Source: Cyanophora paradoxa CCMP329
Taxonomy: Eukaryota; Plantae; Glaucophyta
DNA: 64,000 bases
Assembly (NCBI GenBank): GCA_004431415.1
Contig: QPMI01000565.1
Location: 1 to 64,000 of the forward strand
Direction: 5' to 3'
Shown here: positions 54,095 through 64,000 of the stretch, in pieces
How positions within the stretch are numbered: the first letter of the stretch is position 1
How the letters are laid out: each line of letters begins with the position of its first letter
The notes under the pieces: model-generated
Told to the model about the DNA's origin: nothing
The model's input: the letters and a program-made list of their open reading frames with translations, nothing else
Databases searched by the model: none
Program-made: the position numbers and the translations under genes

Positions 54095-56711
54095 CGCTTC
54101 CCGCTACAAAAAGCCGTCCTCGGCGCTACGAGCTAAAGGCTGAACTAAAGCTGCGTAGGCGAGGCTGAACGGACTACGAGCCAAAAGCCGGCTACCGTCC
54201 CTGCACAGAAAGCCGTCCTCGGCGCCACAGCGGGCGGGCCAGAGGGGCAAATTAAAATCCATCAGGCCGTCGGCACCAGTATGAGGAACTGGGCCCAACA
54301 AGGAAAGTTGGGTGAGGGACCCACGACCTGACGCCAGAGCGCGCGGAGCGCCGCCAGCCAACCGGGGGCAAACCCTCTAAATCCCGCCGGAGGGGAAAAC
54401 CGGTTTGAACGAGTGCTAGCGCTAGCACTAAGCTCGAATTCGAAGCCGGCGCCGCGCCGCAAGCCGCCGGGCTGCGGCGGCGCCGGGTCGAAAGTTCCAC
54501 AGTGTAGAAGGTACTTGACGTAGAGTGTAGGAGTGTAGGACCGCAGGCTCGATCAGCAGAGCCGCAGCGGCAGAGTACGCGTTGCGGGCCAAGCTCGGCG
54601 CAGCTTGCCGCAGTGCGTTGCCAAGTGACTCGGCCAGCGGAGTCACGAAGCGGAGCGATCGGACAGCACAGTAGCGTGTGCAGCCGCGTACGCGTAGAGC
54701 AGGCAAGCCATGAAGAGTAGAAGCGGCGAGCCAGTCGTACGGGGTCAGGCTCCACAGCAGCAGCAGGCCACTGGTCGCATCATACAGACCCATCGCCAAG
54801 GATCCTCCGCGATCAGACGGGATGGCAAACCACGGATACAGCCATCGAGTCCGCCGGCATACGCTGATGCAGCGCGTAGCCGGGGCTTAGGCAGGCCACC
54901 ATCGCGGGACAAGAGACAGCATCAGCGCGGCCCGGAATGATCATCGGTGCTCGCGTGATAGTCGTAGGCAGACGTATGGACCTCTCAGCAGCGGAGAGTC
55001 GCAAGCGGAGGCTTGATCGGAAGCACCCGGACTAGAGCGCCGGTGCGTGCTGGCTTGGTCAGCGTGGAATCACCCACAGCTAAGCAGACCGAAACAGCGC
55101 TGGCGTCCAGCTGGCATCACCCAGCTGCCAGGTTCAACCGATGCACGGGAATCACCCGACGGGCCGACGCAGTCGACGCGCGAACGTGAAGACTGGTCGC
55201 GGGGCATCACCCAGTGCTGCTTGCTGACGCTCCTCAACAGATAGGTCCGCTGTCCGCCGTCCAACTTTAGCTATGGCTGCTCACGTCGTCGTAGGACGTT
55301 CCAGAGCGCATCCTTTACGCTTCTGATGACCTTCGCCCGCTGGACAGGCCTCGGTCAGACCTCCGCCCGCTGAACAGGCCTCGGTCGCTGATCAAACGCC
55401 CACGACAGGAAAGAACGACAGTCCGCACACGCTTGAGATGTGCGTGAAGCGACTGACATCTGGCTTGACGAGCTGGACGTCCCGGAGAAGGGCAGCTACG
55501 TCGTCGGAGCCAGGGCAAGGTCTTCGCATCTTGTCTGCCTTCTCGGTGCGACAGCGCGCACGGTAGACTGGACAACAGATAGATGCGCTTCCTCGCATAG
55601 AGATCGCTGTCAAGTGGAGCTGCGCCGGCTTCCACTGACGCGTACGCAACCCGCAGAGCCGAGAGAGACGCGGAGCCGCACGTCCTCTGGATGCAGGGTG
55701 GAGTCAAGTGGAGTGATCCTCACGAGGGATGCCACTCGCCGCCGCTGAGCGTGCCTCGGGAGGTCCGCAGGCGCCACAGCAGCCGTCGTAGTAAGACCTC
55801 GGGCGCGTACTGGGGCCATGTTATCCCAGGGGCTTTCACGTCGCAGCGGTTTGACTCCATGCGTTCTTCAGATACACTCGCCACCATTGAGCGTGCCTCG
55901 GGCTAGCCGGAGGTGCCATCGCAGCCGTCGTAGGTGAGACCTCGGGCGCGGACTGGGGCCATGTTATCCCAGGGCATTCACGTCTTGGCGGGCTGACTCT
56001 GTACTTTCTGCAGAGAGAAAAGATTGATTGACCGGCGCTTCATAGCTGCCTGGCGAGCCTGGCATGTCACGAGCATGCGGGCAACTCGACAAAACAAGAC
56101 GACGACGAAAAGAAGGTATGTTCATGAAGAATACTCATTCAGAGAGTTTCTATCATCATATGTCGCACAGTACGTGGACCAGAGAAGAAACGACATGCCA
56201 CGACGACAAGAAGGTCATCATTCGATCGGCGGCAACACGCAATTCGATCGTTATGACGACGTGTGTAGATGTAGAGGGTGTTGCTCCACATACAATACAT
56301 TTAGTAGTACGTTGTGGAGTCGTCCCCCGATACAATGCAATACAGTTTCACTCGACATGCGCGCGGGCTGCATCAGCATTTGCTCTTGAGCGCAGCCACG
56401 GCACGTTTAGGTGACTGTGAGCGCATGCGGCTCAATAGACGGGTTGGCGGACGCTTCCCACTACAGAAAGAGTGGTGCGCCGGGGCCGTAAGCAAGAAAA
56501 GGCGCGCGCAGTGGCGGGTGGAAAGGCATGAACCATGCGGTTCGCAAAGCCGAGCTCCGCGGCATAGGCGCTTCTCACTACAAGAGAGTGGAGGCCGTAC
56601 GCGCAAGCCGAGGCAAACGATGGCGTGCTTGTCCAGGGGTTCGGGCAAGAGCGCAGCGTTCGTCCCCAGGCATACGAGCTAAAAAGTCGAAGCCCAACGC
56701 AGCAGCCCCCA

Positions 56712-57082
56712 TGCGCTGAGCGGGATGCGCTAAGCAGTTGGCTAGGCCCAGAGGCGCCCCAAGCAGAGAGGGACAGGCCCGTACAGCACCGTAGGGCGAC
56801 GGCGAGCGGGTGCCATTACGTACACAGCAGGCGCAGAGCCGGCGTAAGACAGCAAGTAACAGGTACAGCGTAAGACAGTAAGTACAGAGAACAGGGACGA
56901 GAACGACAGCCAGCAAGCGAGCGCCGCGCAGGGCAAGCGAGGGCCCAGGGCTAAAATAAGCGGTCCAGTTGGCAACAACGTGGCACCAGGAATAGCAGGC
57001 TACAAAGGGTACAAGGCAAGGCAAGCTGCCGGCTTAGAGCCGACGACCAGGGCTAGCTGGGAGTCGGAAAGTGGGCGGCACA
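56712..57082 (-). repeat. 5' LTR
   Basis: Followed on the minus strand by the PBS-like TGGGGGCT. Confidence 0.92.
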
Positions 57083-57278
57083 TTATTCGGAATTTTATAC
57101 AGATTATCGATAGAATCAGTAAGACTAATCGGAAAATAAGAGAAATTTACGATAAAATATCGAAAAGAATACAAAATAATCGAAATAATTGAATATTCGA
57201 TAAGATATACACAGATTATCGATTGATTGAAATAGAATATACGAGATATATCAACAAAATCAATTAAGATAAGCCGAG

Positions 57279-57306
57279 GGTTAAAACTCCGCATTTTACT
57301 ATGTGT
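57279..57306. repeat. Outer 28-bp arm and terminus of B
   Basis: GGTTAAAACTCCGCATTTTACTATGTGT. Confidence 0.92.
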
Positions 57307-57592
57307 CTCTGATCAAACAGGGGCACCCCAAGCGACGGCGAAATCTTGAAAAGGATCACCTTGGCGTCGATTCCAGGAGTGTTTGCCAGGTTCTGCAAAA
57401 CGAAGAAGAAAATTTAGTTTCAAGCGGAAAGCTGACAGGTAATGTCAACGGAAACAAAGGCGAACCGGGAAAGCCTGCATAACCTTCAGAAGGAGCTGCG
57501 CCCCCTGAATAGCGGACGTTTCCTGCGCGCAATCGGCTTGCGTCAGCCTCTGAGCCTCCGGGCCACTTTCTGCAAAACTATTAGCTATAGTG
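57307..57592 (+). other. 286-bp target remnant between B and C, apparently two interrupted ORFs
   Basis: An ORF tail ending ..KTKKKI* is followed about 25 bp later by MSTETKANRE.., which is cut by C's terminus. Confidence 0.4.
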
Positions 57593-57665
57593 ACACATAT
57601 GAATATTCATATTTTAATCCCTCGGCGTTCCGCCTCAGGATTAAAATATGAATATTCATATGTGT
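57593..57665. repeat. Terminal hairpin of C
   Basis: Exact reverse complement of 21908-21980. Confidence 0.95.
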
Positions 57666-59313
57666 GATTCGATGTTATATCAATAAAATCGATTAATTTA
57701 TTTGAATTTTCACCTGAATTTTCATATTTTTATATGCATTTTCAATTAATTTAATCGATGTTATATCGATAAACTCGATTAATCGATATTGTATCTTAAT
57801 TGTAGTTAATCGGAATTATATCAATAACTTCGATTGATCTTAATTGAATCCTAAATGAATCTAATCGGAATTATATCAATAAATTCGATTAAATCATGTT
57901 CTTTTCCGATTAAATCAATTAAATATTTAACTTTGTTATCAGAAGTGGTCTAAGTTGACTCACTTTTCATAAACATTTTGAACTCTTAGTCTCTTTGAAT
58001 TTCTTAAGATGACTCAACTTAGTCAACTTAGTCAACTTTGTTACCATAATCAATCAGGGTGGACTCACTTTTAGATCAACTTTGAAATTTCAAGCAAAAT
58101 CAACTTGGATTTCAAAAGTGGATCTTCTAAGTGGACTCAAAATGTTCACTTTGTGATACATGTTAGCTCAAATCCTTACTGTTTATGGTCAGGGTTGACT
58201 AAGTGGGGGGAGTTGACACATTTTTTGAAATCCTTTTTAGAAAACTTTAGGTCCCAAATATTTCCTGTGAAATTTGAGTCAACTCAACCCACTTAGTCAA
58301 CCCTTGCATTGAATTCGTAACAAAATCCATATACTATTACTACTTTTACGATTAATATGAGTCAACCTTGAGTCCACTTTAATATAAATATTATATAATA
58401 GGGGGAATCTAGGGCAGATGCTTACTAAATGCAGTGTTAGATTGATGGGATCATAGATGGGATCACAGTTATCGAAGCAATATAATATAGTTGAATATTC
58501 GATATCATAAGTTGATCGAAACGATAAGTATATGGTTATAAATCGCGATTTTTGAGTTATAATCGAATTTAATCGAATTAATTTTGAATTTCAAAACTCG
58601 CTTTAATCGTAATAGCGATCTATACACATTGAGATTCGTATATGTGATTGCAAGTTATTGTTATGTATGATATATGTGATTATATTCGACCGTCAGTGCA
58701 TCGATTTGATAACTTGCTAGTGATCTATATTAAAAACTCACGTTTAATGGATTTTAATCGAATTTATAATCAAAATTCAAAATCGGTTTCATCGCGATTT
58801 GGAGTTACAGTTAGTGAAATTCCGATATGGCTCATAAGCGCTGTGACCGCCTTGAAATGCTCGATTTTATGACGTTTTAAGCGCATCGATTTGATCAGTT
58901 GGTGTTGAGATATCGTAGCAAACGTTAATATTGATTTTCTAGACGGGTACAGCATTAATCTAGAAAAAACCGCGTTTTTTTTTTACTTTTCAAGTTTCAC
59001 GGCGAACGAAGTAAAGGTTCCCGAGCGGATTTGAACCGCGTAGTTTTGAGTCAGAAATCAAGCGCTCTATTCTCTGAGCCAAAACGGCTTACCACCAAGT
59101 CGACTCCTGGGCTAGTGTTTCACCAAGTCTACTATGGCAAGTGACTTTTGCATCTTCAAACTGTTATATCTCATCACCAGATCATCAAAACGCAACGTTC
59201 TGCATATCGCTGTGAAGCGCTTGATACGATCTACAAGACTATGTGTATATCATGTGCATATATGTATATCAGTCATACATATATTTGGAAAAAACGAGTT
59301 TTTGCCTAGCAAA

Positions 59314-60698
59314 CTAGCTAGTTTTGGTCCTTTCTCTTAGTGTTCTCTGAGGTTTAGGGCTGTATATGACTCCTTAGTAGTCTGAAAGTCATTATACCAT
59401 CTCTGGCTATTAACCTCAGAAAGTTTCTGTGTCCCTGCTATAGTGAGCTTTTTGAGTTCCCTGTTAACTTTCCCAGCCTTCTCCTTTCTAGCCTCTATCA
59501 AAGGCTTATCTGGGACTTCATTAGCAGCTTCTATGCCTTCTCTCCTTATAGCAGCATCAGCCCTGGCTTCCTCTTTAGCTTGCTCCAAGGCATCCACTGT
59601 AGGTGTTTCCAGATACTCAACTGAATTCACAGGTAACAGCTCATGGAAAGCAAACCTGTTTTCTATGATCTCACCAGTGGGACTCCTTAGCTTAAACTTA
59701 AAGCCTTCCCTACTATCAACAGTGTAAACCATCCTAGACCAATTGTTACCCTGTTTAGCAAAGGCATTTTTCTCAACTTTCACTCTAACAAACATGCCTG
59801 GCTGCATGGTATCAAGGTAAGCTATTGATTTCTTGAATCTTTCATCTTCTAATCCCACTATATACCTATAATGCTCCTCTGTAGTTTCGCCTGGCTTCAT
59901 CTTAGTAGCTGAGTGAACTGTATTATTGTAATTATACTCAATATCACCTAACACATCAAAGAATCTAGCTGTGTTATTAGCTATGCAGTAGTTTGTGATC
60001 AGTCTCTTAATCTGCTTGTTAAAGGCTTCAATTCGACCTTGGCTTCTATGGTCAGCAGTTCCACTCACTTGGTGTTCTATGAATTTACTAGATAAATACT
60101 CCTGGAATATTCGATTTTGGAACTCACTCCCAGCATCTGATTGAACTTTTACTATGGGTCTTGCCACTCTCATTTCAAGCTGCTTAAATGCAGCTAATGT
60201 AGTGAGAGCTGATTTATCTCTTATAGGTATGATATATCCAGTTCTCAGTGTTGATTCCATAGCAGTCATAAAGGTATCATAGCCATTGTTTTGTTTCTTA
60301 TAAGCTGGGAAAAAGAGCAAATCAATCACATAGGTATCAAGGGGTTGCCTTATTGGAACCATGGGATCTCTCTTCCTAGATATAGCAGGTGCATTGATCT
60401 GAACTACCTCTTGTTTTTTATAGAACTCTTGCAACTGCTTATAGGATTCATCTGGTAACTCAGCCCTCATAGCTTGAAGCCCTTTGTAACCAGTCCTCAC
60501 ATCATAGAATCTCTTGGCAATCTTGCTAGTTTCTTTCACTGCAATAGCAACTGGGATCTCCACAGGGACAAGCTCTTTCATCTCTGATTTTTTGACAATT
60601 CGAGATTCCCCTTTTTCCTCCTTTGGAACTGTGATAGGCAGTAGGTTACCTTGTAGTTGCTCAGTGGTTCTCCTAACTATTCTTCCAGTTGCTGGCAT
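59314..60698 (-). CDS. rve DDE integrase (nearly intact)
   Basis: YVIDLLF, QSDAGSEF, GRIEAFNKQIK, YNNTVHSATKMKP; frameshift only near the last codons. Confidence 0.93.
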
Positions 60699-60701
60699 CT
60701 C

Positions 60702-63700
60702 TTAATTAAAAGGAACAGAATTAATACCATCTGGTAAGATGTATCTCTTTGCATCAAAGCAGTTAGGGCAACCCTTCTACTCACGGTATCTATTATTGTG
60801 TGATCTGCCCTTCTCTTCTGCTTTGCAGTCACAGTCTTGCTGATACCTGCAAATAAACACTGCTTAAAATCATTAAATTGGAGTTCCTCAGTGGAAGTCC
60901 CAGAGAGCTTACTCCTCTCAATCTCAGCAGTTCTGAAACTGTAAACTTTTGCTCTCAGACCTACATACTCCAATATTGCAGAGCCAGGCATTTCATTTTT
61001 GTATTTACCTGGGTCATTCTGTTAGATCCCCCTAGGTCCAAGGCATAAGATATATTCTCTATATCTTTTTGTAAGGTCTTAGATTCAATATATAGACAGA
61101 AGGAGTCAGTATCATGGAATAGTAACTTGCTTTTGTCCATTGGGACCTTACAGTATCATAGAAGAACTGGTAATTATGCAGTTTGGCTGCATCCAAAACA
61201 TAAGCCCCAATTGCAACAGGCTTATCTAGTTTCACATGCTTTGTGTAAAACTCAAAGGCAACTGCTTTTTCGTTTATGGGACTTGTTGATTTCACCAATG
61301 GGGAAGCTGCATATTTCATAAACAGTTTCTCACTGTTTGCAATCTTAACCACAGATCTACCTCTGCAAGATTCAATGCATTTCCCATAGATTGAGTTATT
61401 CATGAGTTATAGAAATCAGCCTCGAATTTATTCACTGCTTTCCTTCTCATCTCAGTATTCAGCTCAATGTAGGGTTTCATTACAGGAGCCACAGTAAATG
61501 AGAGGACCCTGTGAATTTTCTTTAATTTCACACCTTTGTCCAACAGATATTGCAGAAGAGGCTCAGAAATCACATAGTTTGCCACAGAACCAAAGGTTGC
61601 AGTTAGCTTAGGGGTCTTATCAAGCTCTTCTCCTGAAAGATCCAACAGGCTCTTTTGATATTGTGATAATTCCGCATATTCTACTATTTCTTGTTAATAA
61701 TTAGGGGAAATCACTGTGGTCTAGATATAGCCTTATTGGGTATTCCAGATCAACTTCCAGGAAACTGGATCTGTTATCTTGTGGGTTGAATTCGGTCTCC
61801 CATCTAAAATCACCAACTGGAATTGGCTGACTCAAACAGTAGCCATACAAGTTGTTAGCATCAAACAGCATAATGTGGGAGTTCTCACCATCAGCCTCAG
61901 CATACCTACAAGGCATTGTTGCAAAGCCACCCCTGATTCCCCTCTCAACAAATTCGTATTGCTCTACATCACTTATAAGCTCTATTTTTGCCTCGGTGGT
62001 CCTAAGCATAGCATCCAAGATAACCCAGGTGCAGATACATAATGAACTGGTCAAGTCCATATACTGAGTGTGAAAGCCTTCTGAAGGCTTGGAATTTGTT
62101 CATTAACTCATCTACATCAGCAGCTCCAAAATCCATGAAATTGCTTGCATCAATGAACTTGTAAAGACCCCATTGCAATGAAAGGTATTGATCAAAGTTT
62201 TCGAAAGGATTTCGATTCGCTTTTATCACCCATGCCTGCTATTTTTCTGAAAATGAATGTCCCACAGTCATCCATTTGGTCAACAACTACTGCAACTTTG
62301 GTTTGCTTTGAGATTCTCCTATGGAGATTGCAGTTTCTGCATGCAGGAGCAATATAATGACCTGTGTGGTGATCATGATCCCTGCATTTGAAGTTCTCCT
62401 TAGTGAACCTCTCACTGCAAAGGTAACAGTGTTTGGTAGCTCTGTAAATTGCTTTCTGCTCATCTGTGAGTTCATTCATAGGAATGTTGGTAAACAGGAA
62501 ATCGATTAGTTCTCTTGCTTTGGACTCCAAGCATTCAAAGAGACCTCCCATTGGATCCTGACCCTCAAATCGAAACTCCTGAACATCTGCCCAGTGACTA
62601 CTCTCAGGTTGACTGCTGAGACTTCCCTCTTAGATTTTGATGCATCAATGGGGATGCTTCTATGTTCAATCTTGCAGTAAACCACAACAGGAAGCCAAAC
62701 AGTTTTCCTGAGGTTTTTCAGTCCAAACTCTATGGTGGTCTCAGGTTTTGGTGTGATTCCCTTTGAGAGTCTCCAATCAATGCATCTATTTGAGTCCACA
62801 TGAGCAGTGAGTTTAGCCTCAGACCTGAATCGAGATAAGCATGTGTCACAGTAGTGTAACTTCTGATCATTGTATGTTTCATGGTTTACTTTCAATAATC
62901 TTGAAAGGGACATGATTGTAATATAATGACCATTCCCTTCATCATCAAATATCAGCATGAGATTAACCTTATGCTTTCTGCCTGGGTAACTGGATTGATG
63001 CAGGGGATAAACAACCTCTCCATCGATTCCGAATATATTAATGCTAATGCCTGCATTTTGAGCCTCGAATTTATCAATTATTTCAGCATCACAGGCAACA
63101 GGGAATGGGATATTGTCGAAATTGAGAGCCAGCGGATTATAAGCGATTGCTGAGTATTTCCATTTGCGATATTGTAAAAGCTCATTCCTCTTATGGGAGT
63201 TAATAGATTTTCTGTAAATCGAGGCTAAAATCGCATTTTCGAAGCAGGAATCATCTATATTTCGAATATTCACTGTGGCTCTCTTCCTAGCAATCCACTC
63301 TGGGGTTTGTAGAAAGCATCCACAGTTGGAGCATAACTCATAATAGCCACTCTGAGTATTTCAATTCTTTCTAAGCGATAGCTATCAACCACATTCATCT
63401 GCTCCTGACACATTTGGGCTGCTTTATTCAGCTCAGTTCGAATATTTCTCGACCTGGTTAATACAAAGTAATCACTGTAAATGTATTTCGATATCCAAAC
63501 CTGTGGATTGCTCACTTTAACGAACTTGCAGATAAAAGACAAGCGAACCTTGATTGCCCTGAATTGATCTAAACCCTGCTTTAATCGATTTGGAAGGGAT
63601 GTAGCAATTCTATCCAGGAATTCAATCACATCTACAACAACTTCCCTTCTGGCTCTGTATGTGAGCCAGCGATATAATTCATTCATGGCTGTTCCATCTT

Positions 63701-63933
63701 CTGCCTCTGGTTCTATTTGCCTAAGCCTATCCAGTTCATCCAAGGTTTCAATTTTATCATATAGGTTATTTGCTTTTCTGGTTAATCTGCTTAAAGTGGT
63801 CTGCCCCTTGCAATTAAATCTATTTCCCGGTCATATTCAGCCTCTGTTATTTCATGGGCTGCATATAGTGTTCCCAGCAATCCCATGAGTTCCCATTTCT
63901 TCTCCCTTATGAGTTTGTTGGTAATTCGGGCAT
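60702..63933 (-). CDS. polB: Protein-primed PolB (frameshifted)
   Basis: Collinear with 15819..19056. Confidence 0.9.
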
Positions 63934-64000
63934 TATTCCTAACTTGTTCCTATTCTAAGGGATATTTTATTTTAGGATGTTCTAAACGCAATTTAAAATG

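Larger units (their letters stand above)
53724..57082 (-). mobile_element. Non-autonomous LTR retroelement (3.36 kb)
   Basis: 371-bp direct LTRs with TG..CA ends, TTAT target-site duplication, minus-strand PBS TGGGGGCT (matches the first 8 nt of the tRNA-Pro PBS), no recognisable gag/pol. Confidence 0.88.
34099..57306 (-). mobile_element. Element B: PLV sharing A's virion module (inverted) with a different replication module; left end missing or interrupted
   Basis: About 37400-48400 is a reverse-complement homologue of A 1-11930 (minus the endonuclease); ends ...TACTATGTGT at 57306. Confidence 0.85.
57593..64000 (-). mobile_element. Element C: inverted sister copy of A (terminus, integrase, PolB); continues past window
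   Basis: Reverse complement of about 15750-21980 with scattered, mostly synonymous substitutions. Confidence 0.92.

Noticed and set aside
54095-56711. gag/pol genes among the short ORFs inside the LTR element
   Set aside because: No RT, RNase H, protease, integrase or zinc-knuckle motifs; these look like GC-rich chance ORFs.
15750-64000. A and C as the two giant TIRs of one element or an assembly fold-back
   Set aside because: Their termini face each other across unrelated DNA, and the copies differ by many substitutions and a ~190-bp indel.

Overview
No recognisable host gene is present. The window is a nest of endogenous eukaryotic dsDNA viruses of the Polinton/Polinton-like virus (PLV) type plus one LTR retroelement. 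Element A (<1-21980; AT-rich, CpG-poor) carries fibre genes, a patatin-discoidin lipase, two penton-like genes, a putative major capsid protein, a free-standing endonuclease, a packaging ATPase, an AEP/PriCT-2/SF3 primase-helicase, GIY-YIG, protein-primed PolB, rve integrase and a ~1.5 kb terminal region ending in a 73-nt hairpin. A is inserted into a giant ORF of a GC-rich related element D (21981-~34100), which has fibre/adhesin genes, two paralogous beta-rich ORFs, an HNH gene and (GGGACTT)n arrays. Element B (~34100-57306) carries an inverted, near-identical copy of A's virion module, but a different Prim-Pol/D5 helicase, four paralogous fibres and an AdoMet decarboxylase. A 3.36 kb non-autonomous LTR element sits inside B's terminal hairpin loop. 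Element C (57593->64000) is an inverted sister copy of A's polymerase-integrase end. The most striking unexplained structures are: each helicase gene is followed by its own iteron array that is echoed in that element's terminus; the termini are 28-bp covarying inverted repeats; and the PolB lacks proofreading motifs. Many ORFs are broken by 1-bp indels, often in homopolymers and probably long-read errors, so several CDS spans were reconstructed by eye. All family assignments come from motif recognition, not database searches.
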